From the NCBI GenBank assembly GCA_030704615.1, contig CM060732.1:73036001-73100000 (forward strand): 64,000 bases of DNA. The letters run 5' to 3'. Source of the stretch: Takakia lepidozioides (Eukaryota > Plantae > Bryophyta). The notes under the pieces are model-generated. The model was not told the origin of the DNA and searched no databases. It worked only from the letters and a program-made list of their open reading frames with translations. Numbering within the stretch: the first letter of the stretch is position 1; each line of letters begins with the position of its first letter. The position numbers and the translations under genes were made by a program. Positions 51,293-63,425 of the stretch are shown piece by piece.

Positions 51293-54200
51293 ATGCCGCG
51301 CATATATGCGCTCAGGTTGAATGCTCGACAGTTTGATACACGGAGAGATTGCTATTGTGGCCTAGTCGTGACAGAGATAGTCTGCAAGTATCTAGTGTGT
51401 GAGAGTTGCAAAAGGCGTGGTGACTGCGCCTATTGTGAACCAACCAACTTTATGGATGTCAACGACGACATGGACGACACTGTAGGTCCTGAGATCATGG
51501 AAAAAGTCTTAGCTCCGGATTTTGATTTCTTCACCATAGGTCTCCAGGGATACCCATTGTGGTATTTTCGTGATGTTATGAAGCTCTGCAGTGTAGGGTT
51601 GGACCCTAGAAAAGACTTTGCTGGAGATAACGACGAGTACCCAACTTACTCCGACTGTGTGAAATTGTGGGGCCCAAAAGATCGGAATGGATTCAAGTAC
51701 AAGAACAATCGCAGTACACTGTTGAGGAGGGAGGTGGAGGAGCTGTATACAAGGATATACCTGCGGGCCACCGTCCAGAACAATGTGTTGGGTCTCCAAT
51801 TTGCCAAAGGATTTGTGGCTCAGCGGAACAGTGGAGTGCTGATTGATTGGGCAAGGTTTGCAGTGGAAACTAGCAAGATGCAAGCTGCGAAGTACAAAGA
51901 TGTCACCTCTCGTGAGCCTTCCTGTCCAGGGATCATGGAAAGACAAAATGCGTTTTTGTCTGAATTAAGGCGAACCAAGAAGTGGCCCGAGGTGCGGTCT
52001 GGCATGACTCGACAACCTCCACCAAAAGTTGCGGTCAACATTGTCAACCGGTCAAGTCCCATCGACCACCACTCCCGGTTCTCCACACTACTGAACACAG
52101 AGATTGAGGACATACAAGAGTTGGTGGCCATGAAAGAGCAGGAAATTGAGGGTGCAAACAAGAAGATCCAGAACTACACTGGTGTACATGATACTGAACT
52201 GGAGAAGGTCAAGGTGTTGCGAGCTCAGATGCGGGATAGACAATCGCTGATGGAGCGTGAGAATGTTGCTTTCAACTCCAAAAAGTCGGAGCTCCATACT
52301 CGAGAATCCGCCCAGAGAGACACAGGCAGGCGGCTGGAGCAATGCCAAAGTGTTTTGCAGGAGGCGCTAAGGCACCATGACCCTAATACTGGAAAAATTG
52401 TGGACTTAAAGGTGCAGGCGGAGACTAATCGGAAAAGCTTGCACTCCCAAACTGAATGTGTTGCCCAACTACAAAGCGAATTGGCAGAGGCAATGGTCTT
52501 GCAACGTTTTTACCTTAAGCATGTGCAGGAGATCGAGGGAAGTTATAAAGATGCCTCTAGTCTTCTCGAAGACCAGCAAAATCGAATTTCGAAGGCAACA
52601 CATGTCAAGGAGGTTTGCGAGAAGGAGAAGCAATGTTTGTGTGGTACTTTCTAGGAGAACCTTCCCCTTACACATTCATCATTTTTGCTGATGCCCTCAA
52701 ATGTTTGTGTATCCAAATTCCATTTAGGCAGTGATAGTAACACTGGCATCATTCTTGCCGTGGAAAGTACAATTTGTTGCTCTGCCATTGGAATTAATGT
52801 TGTACTGTGAAATATACTTCACAAAATTTGTGTGAATGAGGTCACCCCTGCTTAGTGCAGTGTGAAAGGGGAAAGAAGTCTGTGATCCCAAACATGATAT
52901 GGAAATTAACATGATATGGAAACAAGTTTGTACCAACATTTTTGGGCTCTCACTTGGAGCTCATACAGAAAACTCTGATTGTTCGTACGGTACCAATGTG
53001 TACGCATACAGGGATTGCCTCTAATTTGTCAGGTAGATTCTCATAAAAGTATGGTCGTAGTTTTGTGTGACTCTGACTTTCATTCTCTGTCTGCACTCAA
53101 GAACTCCATCTCAAAGCAGCAACCTTTGGCATAGAGTGGTGATCCGACACACTTTGAAATAGAGAGCATGCCCTTCAAGAAACTGAAGATATACTATACA
53201 CTGCAATAGGATCATTTTTCTAGGCCATAGTGAGGTAGTGACATGTGGTCTGTACACTTTTTTGTTTGTCAGCTTCTTGTATTCAGGTTGTAACAGTGGA
53301 TGTTTGTGTGAACTGAGACTAAGCATTGTTGGGGTGTGGCAGAGCAAATCCAGAAGATGAAGGATGGGACACATGTAAAGACCGTGCCCATGCCCATCCT
53401 TCATCCACCATGCCAGACAACGCCACAAGCCACCATTGCATTGAATGCATGTCCTGTTTGCAAAGGATGGTATCCTTACTGGGATGTGGTGGCCCTATCC
53501 TGCAGATGCACATATCACCCTACTATCTTGGAATGCATCTACAGGGCTCAAATAAGTGTGCCCATGTTTCATGTGGGCAACTCCTCCATCCTGAATGGTG
53601 GAAATCGTTTGGGTATGGCCCCATGCATCCTGAAGTGAAGGCCAGCTCTGCTGCTGTTCAAGTGCCTGCAAAACAACGAAGGTGGATGCAAATGAGGAAG
53701 GCCCGACAGGAACTGAAAGGTATTTTCCTTCTTGTGTGTTTTAGTGCTTGCAAAGGGTTTTTCATTTATTTACCAGAATGTTGGCAATGAACTTCAGGTG
53801 TTTGCAGGGTCAGGGATGACTGAACTTCAGGTGAGATTTACATATGAGTTATGGCAAGTCGTGCTGCTCATTTTCCAGATTGTTAGCAATGAACATTAGG
53901 CGTATGCAAGGTCAGCTATGACAGTAGTCGATTTTTTTTTTTTGACATATGATTTCTGGCAAGTCATGCTGGTCCCTTTCCAGGTATGGTTAATGAACTT
54001 CAGTTGTTTCCAAGGACAACGATGAGAATAGTCCAGTTTTTTTCTGCCCTATGAAATATGGCAAGTCATGCTCCTTCCTTTCCATTGTCCTTCATTTCCT
54101 TTACTGTAGGGTCTTTTCCGGCTGTCATGGCGTTAGTGTGGAATTCTAACTCCTTTCCAGTACATGAACTCATTACAGATCCTCAAGTACTACAAGTCTG

Positions 54201-56134
54201 GCATCTCATTTCTTGTCACGAGTGTTGCTTAGGGTTGTTTTCCGTCATGTTGTGTCATTGTTTGTAGTTTCATGTTCCTTCAGGTCATGGTAAGGGATTG
54301 GGTTCATTGTATCATGGGTGTCATAGAATTTGTCATGGTATAATATGTCATCGAATGTCATGCTTGATGTAGGGCACTCCTTTCAGGTCATAATGTCATT
54401 CCCTTCCATTCCATGATGTCATTTTCATAGATCTCATTTCCTTCATTTCATTAACATGGCATGGTGTTTAGGCTTCATTACAGGTAAGGATGGGCACAAC
54501 CTTTAACATAGATTGGCATAACTGGAGAGTGGGCATGGTTGCAAGGAATTGAGAAATGACATAACATAATTAAACCCTGTGCATTGTTATTTAATTGCAG
54601 GTGATGGATTACCAGCAAAGCAAGAAGCTTCCAGCGGAGTTGCATCTGAGCTTCATATTCCGCCTCTTACCAATGTGTTGCAGGCTCAACTTACATTTCA
54701 AATGGACACTCCATGTGGTGGGGATGATATGATACAACCTGAGACCCAGCTGGCACATGGACCTGTTGTCACCACACATTCATCTGAAAGGAGCTCATAC
54801 ACTGCCACAGGCTCTGATTTAGACAGCAGCCACTCAGAGCATGGACAACCAAGGTCAGGACTGAAGGCCTCACCTAAGGCAGTCCACATGCCACCTGAGC
54901 TTCACCCTCCTCCCACTGAAATCCTATCACAGGCTCCAACACTTATCACCCTACCAGTGGCCACAGCTGCTGTCAACATGGGATTGACGAACAAGGACGG
55001 GAAATCGGCTGTGGTTCCACCATTACCTGAGCAAACAGTGGTTACAGAGGGAAATCCCCCCACCTACATGGAGCCAGTAGCAGTTCAAGGGGCGAAAGAT
55101 AGGCACAAGGACCACAAGCATAGGAGTGATAGAAAAGAACACCGCCACCATCGAAAGAGGCAAAAGAGCAGTGATGAACGGACATTCCCTTCCTGGCTGG
55201 AGTCTGAGCTTGAGGGTATTGCTGTCACCCCTCACAAATCCTAGAAGTATTTCAATTGTAGGTGGATTTAGGATTGGCTGTACAACATAGGGAGCGTGGC
55301 CGAAATTCTGATGTGACCATTCTCCTATGTGCAGGTCATGGCATGCTTCCGAATACTTCTGGGCACAGCCTCCCATTGAACACCGCCACAACAGCCTCTG
55401 TTGAAGGAGTCGAGAAAATTGGGTCGGCTTTCACCCCAATCTCGGGTAGTACATCACCACAAGGACTGAAGGATCCCGATGGATATGCAAGGACAGGACC
55501 TCTGCCAACACCTCCACTCCTGGCAACACCTCCTCCACTCTTGGCAACAGTAAAAAATTGAGAAGTGCAGTCCTGAGACAAAAGTTAAGGTAAAGATGCA
55601 TGAAAGCAAGGGTATGGATTCTGCACCTACCAAGAAGTCTGAATCAGAGAGTGACAGTAGTAGTAGTAGTGAGGTTCAAATTTTAAGCAAGAAGGTCGTA
55701 TCATACAATGGTTCAAAAGTGATGTTGGAGAATGGGGGGAAAATGTGATCTTCAAGTAAGATTGTCACTCTGAAAAAAAATTTGACATGTGAGTGGGACT
55801 ATACCAGACAGTCTGGCTTAGCAATCCAGGTTCAGGGTGCTTCCGTTACACCTATCCTAATGAGTGATGGAATTACAGTTGATACCATTACACCAGACGG
55901 GTTTGTGAAGGTTGTGTCCAAGCACTCACATAGCCCACATTCACCATCAACATCATCTGGTCATGCATTGCGCTCGCAAAATTCCGCTCCTGACAAGCCC
56001 AACAACAACTTGTCAGAAGTTCAGGGTGCTTCTGGCCGAGATGTTGAATCTCGGCACAAAAAGAAGAAGAAGAAGCCCCAACGTTGGAAGGGGTATTGCT
56101 ATGTTTGCATTATAGGGCAGTCCAGGGTGTGTAG
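51293..56134 (+). pseudogene. Uncharacterised, probably TE-associated, multi-exon gene: globular N-domain, long coiled coil, RING-like finger and low-complexity exons
   Basis: 453-codon ORF at 51293-52654 whose second half is E/Q/K/L-rich. Cys/His cluster CPVC...SCRCTYHP...C...C...WWKSFG at 53450-53612 needs a frameshift. Further open segments at 54601-55244, 55334-55561 and 55782-56134. The gene is cut by MULE copy B. The exon structure is unresolved. Confidence 0.55.
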
Positions 56135-56299
56135 GGGGGGCTGCTATTTCATGAGCGGCATGAGCATGAGCGGAAAAAAAAAAAGCATGAGCGGACCATT
56201 GTGTGTCCACGGAAATAGGGTTAGGAGGCACGGAAATAGGGTCATGTGAAGTTGGAATGTGGCACCAGTGGACTCGTCATAGCAATGAAATGCAACATT

Positions 56300-57065
56300 T
56301 TATTGCAAGGCGAAGGCGAAGACATGCCTGTTGGACAACGTCCCTGCCCACATTGAAGCACCTGAGGGACAAAGCGGGTGGTTAGTAGCATGCGGCATGC
56401 AATTGCAATCGGGCCCCGGGACAAAATGTGCATGTGAAGGCTTACCCGTGCCGCATGTGAGGTCAAGAATCCGCCCTTGGACATCCGAGCACGTCTCCAT
56501 GAGGGTTTGGATGAAAGCAGGGCTCCGGGTCCGGCTGTACCGCCACGGTTTGCCTGTCTTTGTGTTCTTCGGCATACTGGATTGGGGCACATAGTTGTAG
56601 AGGACATCGTAGGTAACAGGGTCCACAGCGCATCAAACAAGACGACCGTCATTGCGGAATTTGAACGTAGACCCCTCTCTTCACAAAACAATGCCTCAAA
56701 CACAATGTTTGCCATCCAACAAAAAGAGGGATCCACTCCAGGGTCTAGTTTAGATACACCACAATATGAAGTGAATGCAATAGATTGATAACTTACACTC
56801 TGGCCCTCTGTTGCAACCCCTGTGTATTGACGCAAAACCATTTTTTCAGGAGGACCGGGGTGACACTTTTTGGTGTCCACCTTGCCACAACATTCTCTGG
56901 TCTTCCTCTTGTGGCAAGGACCCCATACATCCACCATCATCCAGGAGCATCCCCAGCCCAAACCCGGCTCTCTAGTAGTCCTCCGTAAACCTGTTCCAGG
57001 TGGGCACACCATCCAAGCCCTCCAACAGCTCCCCCCTCTAGAATATCAAGGAGAATCATATCGCA
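56300..57065 (-). pseudogene. Degenerate beta-class DNA amino-methyltransferase (N4-cytosine/N6-adenine type)
   Basis: In order, across frameshifts: CDMILLDILEG (motif IV-like), VPTWN, LLDDGGCM, LLKKWFCVN, then KPWRYSRTRSPAFIQTLMETCSDVQGRILDLTCGTG|ASMWAGTLSNRHVFAF (motifs X-I-II, SAM binding). A GT-AG intron at 56445-56362 has a CTAAC branch point. Possible N-terminal extension to about 57900. Confidence 0.7.
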
Positions 57066-57954
57066 GGCTCTCTCTCACCTCAACACCCCCCCCCCGATGC
57101 TCTTGCAATCCGTGCTCTCATAGTCGTGAAGAATTCCATCATGGCTTCCAAACCAGGGGTGTCTTTAGGCTCTGTAGCAGCAGCCCTCTTCTTGGGCTTT
57201 CCCCTTCAGCTCCTCCAGAGACTTGCTGTGTGCCACCTTCTTCGCCCCCTGGCAACCAGCATCAAGAAAGCTCTCATTGACGCATTGGATGATAGTTGGG
57301 ATTCTAACTTTGGCCTTTGCGGAAATGTCACCGCCGAATACCGCCATGTAGGCTCGCCCTCAAATGCCAACTTCTTGGCAGAGCCAGTCCCAGTCCGAAC
57401 TGACTGGGAACCCGGACGACCGGTGACTTGGTAGTAGCAGCAGCAGCAGTTGCAACCCTTGCACAAAGTCGTCGTCGGAGTCACTCCCTTGGGGCCCCTC
57501 CTGCGCCTCCTCTGGTGCCCCGGTGGTTTTTGTGTTTTTTGGGGGTTACTTTACTCCCCTGTTTCCGTGTCCTTTTCATTTGTCCTTTATTCTTCTCATT
57601 CAATTTCTCCTGAATACCTGCCTAAGCAAGCTTTGCCGCTTTCCTGGACTTGACAAGCGCTATCGACTCCTTTGGACCCAACGGAGGCAGCGGAGCTCGG
57701 TTTGGTCGGGCCTCCGCATCCAGCTTCAATTGGAACTCGGATGAGTCGAGCGAGCCGGGCGGAAGGTCCACATACCAAGGGCAGTCGCGCAAATGCTCCA
57801 GATGCCACTCCTTCACGATAACATCAGTGTACATGGAGTCAGCTCCAGGGGTTCCTCCATGCGAGGAACAATGGCGGCTGGAAGGACAGATGACCTTTCT
57901 CCAACAGGGAGAACTTACAGTACCTGCATTCAAAAAACACAGACAGAATCACAT

Positions 57955-58512
57955 CCATTTTTCCAGACTGGGTCCAAAAATGGCTAAGTCCCAGATCTGA
58001 CTGGGCCCGGAACTGGAAAAATGGCGCCGAATTTCCAGAATATGTGCCATCCGCCCCAGGGACTTAGCCATTTTTCTAGTACAGGGTCCAAAAATGGCTA
58101 AGTCCCAGAAATGATTGGGCCCGGAACTGGAAAAATGGCGCCAAATTTCCAGAATATGTGCCATCCGCCCCAGGGACTTAGCCATTTTCGGACCCTATAC
58201 TGGAAAAATGGCGCCATTTTTCCAGTACAGGGTCTGAAAATGGCTAAGTCCGAAATGACTGGCCCGGAACTGGAAAAAATGGCGCCGAATTTCCAGAATA
58301 TGTGCCATCCGCCCCAGGGACTTAGCCATTTTCGGACCCTGTACTGGAAAAATGGCGCCATTTTTCCAGTACAGGGTCCGAAAATGGCTAAGTCCCAGCA
58401 CTGACTGGGCTCGGAACTAGAAAAATGGCGCCGAATTTCCAAACTGTGCCAGCCACACCCCGGGGCTTAGCCATCCGCCCCATTGGAAACAGGAAATTCG
58501 GCGCCATTTTTC
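57955..58512. repeat. Array type 2 within MULE copy B
   Basis: About 4 units of 120-130 bp carrying AAAATGGCTAAGTCCC, GGAAAAATGGCGCC and GGGACTTAGCCATTTT, the same modules as 38843-39860. Confidence 0.93.
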
Positions 58513-59142
58513 TAGGGGCTTCACAACTAATTTCATGCCACATAAGACAACTTACATCCTGGAAATGTGGGGACTACAATGGCCACAAATCAAAGAAATG
58601 CAACGCGTATGTACCTGTACAGAAGGCGCGTTGCCGCTTTGTCGCCGTTCGGCTGGTCGGCATTGCCGCATTGCCGCCCGTAGTACAAAGGCTTCAGTTT
58701 GCGACGCGGTGTGGATGTGGGGTTTCTCTCAAGAGAGCCACGCCCTTCTGCACGCGGCATACGTCCAAGTTAAAGAAAAAATCTCCCGCAGAATGCGTGC
58801 GTACATGCCTCGAATGGAACTTCATCCACCCGTCACATCAGGTGTCGAAGGCGTATCCGGGAAGCAAGCGCGGTATCCGTGTGGAACGTCCGGTTCAAAA
58901 CAGACGGCGGAGGACATTTAATGTGCAAGACGGGCCTCGTATGGAAATTCGGCGCCATTTTTCCATGCGATGGATGTTCTCTGTCGGCTAGGTGTCGGCC
59001 TCCCCCCCCCGAGACAACTTCATCCGAATGGCCTCTAATGGAAATTCGGCGCCGTTTTTCCATCCGAGGGATGTGTCGGCCAGGTGTCGGCCTGTCCCCC
59101 TGAGACGACTTCATCCGACACGTTGGTTCCCATTGTCACAAA

Positions 59143-60597
59143 TTGACGAGGGGTAACTCATGGGAGGCTGCCCACGAGGCAGAGCAACTCGTTCAGGAGG
59201 AGGTTAAGTTGAGACCTGGTGCCAAACCCAAACAGATACAGCTGCAGGCCGCCCATAAGATGACATTGGCCAGAATTATGTCGGAAGACGGCTCCGACAG
59301 AGTTCCTCTCGATGAGAAGGAAATGGAGGCATTGCTGGAGTCGGTGTTCCATGTCTGTTCACCGAATGTCCGAAACCACATTGTCTCCTGCAAACAGAGA
59401 ATTGGGCATGGCTCGGATATGCACTCCATTCTGGAGGTGAAGCGACGATGTGGATATGACTACATTCATGGAAGTAGATTTCCAGGACAAGGGACTGAGG
59501 CAGATCGTTGTTTCGTATTCAAAATGTCAACGTGTGGGCCTGGCAGCGGCGTCGAGCTGGTCCACCGGATGACGAGTGGGGACTTGTCAAACAGTTGGGT
59601 CATGTTCGACCATATCAAGCGAATTACAAATCACCAGTGGGTGACAATGGGTGCACATGTCTACGACACCCACTGTAGGATGCTAATGACAATTGTTATT
59701 TGTGAGATGAAAGGAGAGGACACACAATCGGAGATGTTTCTTTGGCAGGGAATAAACGAATAGATGGCCAGGGCAGGATTTCCCCCTCCCAATTTTCGTG
59801 GTTTCATGGCGGACAACGCACAAGCAAATTGGGCTGCCATCCGAAGGGTGTACGGGGAAGACCCCAATGTTCCGATGAAAAGCAAGGAGAGATCTTGCGG
59901 GTTCCATTTTCTGCAGAGCTTGTCGCAGTACACAACCAGGCTCGTGGCACCAGATTTCAGATAGGAGCACCGTTCCATGTGTCTTGCGTGGAAGTGTGCT
60001 CCCACCTTGGATGATGCAGAGACACAGTTTGCATGTATACGGGCTTGGTGGACAACGTCAGGTGCTATAAAGAAATCAGACAAGGGAGCAATGGTCAGTT
60101 GGCTAGCATGGTGGCATTATCGTTTCCTCCAGTTCGACGACTATATGTTGGAGGTGAGTTGGACAAATTTGCGTCCCGTTGAATATTATGCTAGCTACTC
60201 ATTATTTGTAATTTGCTTGTAACCTGAACATGTGCATGTGCAGGAAATGTGTCTCGACTCCGACACCGACATGCCGACAACAAACATGGCCGAATCAGTA
60301 CATTCTTCCTGGCGTGCCTCCTCTGCGGCGCATCTAGTGGACATCCTCACTGCCACAACGGAGGACATTGTCAGGTCAATTATGCAGCAATGCAGGTACA
60401 ACGAGTTCTTGAAAGAGAAACAGTGGGGCTTGGGGCCGGACAGGCAGGAAATGCTGATGCAGACTACCTCCAGATCGAAGAATCCTCGCAAGTGGGCGGC
60501 AGCCTTGCGAGAGGGCCTTCGGGGCACGCCATTGCTTCGAAGTGGCCAATACTTGAAAGGAGATGTTCACACACCGTCCAGTGAGACGAAGACTTGA
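59143..60597 (+). pseudogene. MULE-type DDE transposase, disrupted by in-frame stops
   Basis: WVMFDHIKR (D1), GFMADNAQANW (D2), CGFH (CxxH) and TTNMAESVH (E). In-frame TAG stops at 59761 and 59962, and a GT-AG intron at 60154-60243. A Cys-rich upstream segment at about 58540-58860 is probably the N-terminus. Confidence 0.82.
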
Positions 60598-61929
60598 CGA
60601 GGCACCTGGCGGAGAAGAGGATTCATGGCGAGCTGACAAGAATATTCGCACTCTCCCCGTGGTCCCGTGATGTTGCCCGAGGAGGTCTTGTCGAGCACCG
60701 CAAGTCCGATGTCTGAGAAAATGGCGCCGAATCTCCAATTACATGGCCCAAGAACTGCCCAACATCTGTGCAATCCCCGGCACCATGTACCAAAATCGGC
60801 GCCACATTTCCAAATTTTGGGCTTACACACCTGCCATGTTGGGACCTATAGCCGTGAAATTCGGCACCATTTTTCGCCGGAGACACCTATTACCGCGAAA
60901 TACGTTTTTCTTTTGGTTGCGGAACCTACCGCGAAATTCGGTGCCATTTTTGCAGATGTCGCTCGGAATTCGCATGAGCGGAAGACGAAATATCATGAGC
61001 ACGGCTCTCAAAACTACAATTTTTACTTCAAACAATAAATATTATATTGGTTTTTTCTGACACATTCCATTAAAAATATTTTTTTAATGTTTTTTATTTC
61101 CAAACTTGGAGATGAAAACCGATTGTCTTGCTAGCTATGCTCATGAAATAGCAAACCTCCTATAAGGGAGCTAATCTTTTGTGTAGGATTGAGGGGAAGA
61201 AGTCCCTCTTGTATGGCTGCCTATTTATGCTACAGTGCTTGCAGAGAAAGAATTTACTCAATTCCAAGGACCTCTCGACTGGACAATGAACAACCTTAAA
61301 GAAGGATACTAGTTTTTCAGGCCCAATGAATTTTTGGATATCATGATTCTCTGTATGATGATCGGTAGTACCTCAGGTTCTTTCATTTCATGCTATCCCT
61401 ACTGGGATCATAAACTCCGTGAGTTTACACTTGCTCATGGCCATTCTATGTAGAGTTTTGAAATTGCGAGAAGATGGCAGTTGTAAGGGAGAGTGGACTT
61501 AGCTGTTCACAGAAGGGACACAACCTCACGATGTGCTCATCGTTGGCCCCTTCAGAAATGCACCAACAAAGAAACATTCCCTCCTCGCACCATGATGGCC
61601 ATCACCCCAACCTCCATCTGCAATGATTCATCCTCCAAGACCCTCCATGTGGTGGAATCTCCAAGTCTTGCCTGCTTCTGATCCAGAATTTGCCAAAGCC
61701 ATCTCTTGACTGCAAACCCTTTCTCCAGCCTTGAGCTTGCACCACAACCAGCCTTTCCTCTAGGGTCATAAGGCACACTCAGTAGGCACAATATTTTAAG
61801 CTCAAAACAGTTCCTGCTCCATACCTCGCCAGAGCCATCTTTCAGCTCCCAGACTCGCTTTGCCTCCATTGTTTGGTCTTGGACATTGCAGTCCTTGTAT
61901 CCCAAGAATAAATAGTTTTTTTTTTTCCG

Positions 61930-62396
61930 AGAGCAGTCCACCATAGATATGTGCACCCCTTCTGCTAGTACATGGACATATGGGTGTCTTGCCTCGAATT
62001 GCATGGATAGGATGTGGCCCATGAGAGCCAGACAAAAGCTTTTGTCCCAGTCACCCTCTGCTGACTTTGCCAACACAGCCAACCCTGTCTTGAGTGCTTC
62101 AGTCAGCCATTCCATCAACACATGGTAATGGGAACATCCCTCTCATGCCTGATTTCATATTGTTCACACATCTTGTCAAACTCATCACTCCATTCTGCCC
62201 TTTCGCATGAAACTATAACTCCAGGGCACCCATGTTGCACCAAGAGCTCTCCTTCCAGAAACTGAGACGTGAGGGAAGACGTCGGGTCTGCCATTGGGCT
62301 GACTCCCACCTCTCCAGATTGATGGTGAATGGACAACAAGGCATACTTGTTGCCTAGTTTTGTTTTCATAAGAGTACCTGCAATTCCAACATACAC
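61930..62396 (-). pseudogene. Ty3/gypsy integrase fragment
   Basis: IAGTLMKTKLGNKYALLSIHH...QFLE..LLVQHGCPGVIVS...EWSDEFDKMCEQYEIRH, then LKTGL...DWDKSF..ALMG. This follows the rve core pattern with decayed catalytic residues. Confidence 0.75.
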
Positions 62397-62849
62397 AAGA
62401 TATGTTAATTCTTTAAAAGAAGCATAAACAGGCTAGCTGGACTCTTGATGATCCAAGGTTCCCAGACTTGTACTCTGGCCTTCTGGCAGCGTCATAGGAT
62501 TGGGCCTCATGTTAGGATAGTATCCTTTCTCTTTGTTGTAGTGCAAGCAAGTGTTTTTCTTTGAGTTGAGCCTTCCAACATTGTTGAACTTGTGCCTTCC
62601 ACCATTGTTGCATTGACCATGCCTCAGACTGTTTGATGTTGTGGCAATCATATGTACCTGTGATCCAGCCACCAAAGCACTCTTATCTGTCCTCTCATGT
62701 TCACCCATACCAGCAACAACAGAATCATGCACCACCCCACCCTTTGGGTGATGCCCATCCGTTCCTTTCGAAGTTGCACCACTGATTGAGCCCGCTGGCT
62801 CCTTGCGCATGGATCTGATCCACTCTCCAGATCCTCCCTCATGACCAGG

Positions 62850-63425
62850 CTGAGCATTTCCTACAATCATCGCATTCAATGACACCACATCTCGTTCAGC
62901 CCTACAATCACACACTCCCTTTGCATCTCTGATGCTCTCACATTCGGCGTACCTGTCCATGAGGGTGTTGTTCAGATTGGTACTTGGAAAAATTCCAGCC
63001 CCCATGATATCAGCATGGACCTCTTTGCCCCTTCCCAAGGCTGCCCCCCTTGCACATGTATTGTAAACATAAAGGGGCGACACCTGATTGGGCTTCATTG
63101 CCACCCACATCATCTGCTCACAGGTTTCCAGAGCCCCAATCCACACATATGCTGGACATATCCTGTGATCATCACACTCCATGAGACCGCTTCTTGGCTG
63201 AACACCCTGTCAAACACTTGTTGTGCATTTTCCAGACTCCCACACTTGCAATACATATAGACAAGGGTTGTTCCCCCATGCCTCAAATCCAGCTTTGATT
63301 ATGCCTTGGTGGACCTGCCTGCCCTGTTCCAGGTCTACTGGGCTAGCGCATGCATCTGCAGGTATGCTCAGGAAGGTGATCTTGCTTGGCTTTGCACCTT
63401 CTTGTTGCATTTGCTGACCTGACCC
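62850..63425 (-). pseudogene. Degenerate PLS-type PPR fragment (about 2 triplets)
   Basis: QMQQEGAKPSKITFLSI...ACAS..DLEQGRQVHQGIIKAG, and [48 protein letters not shown]...RDVVSLNAMI, with frameshifts. Confidence 0.88.

Larger units (their letters stand above)
56135..61160. mobile_element. MULE-family DNA transposon (copy B), 5.0 kb, with transposase and methyltransferase-like cargo
   Basis: Termini GGGGGGCTGCTATTTCATGAGC ... GCTCATGAAATAGCAAACCTCC. 56135-56305 matches the reverse complement of about 40225-40386, and 60890-61160 matches the reverse complement of about 37468-37735. Confidence 0.9.

Noticed and set aside
56300-57065. Bacterial contamination or a restriction-modification operon
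   Set aside because: The gene has a spliceosomal intron, is embedded in plant TE termini, and has no nuclease partner.
37468-61160. One 23.7-kb composite transposon bounded by long TIRs
   Set aside because: The outer ends are inverted homologs, but copy A has its own TSD and the outer flanks share none. Two independent inverted insertions explain it.
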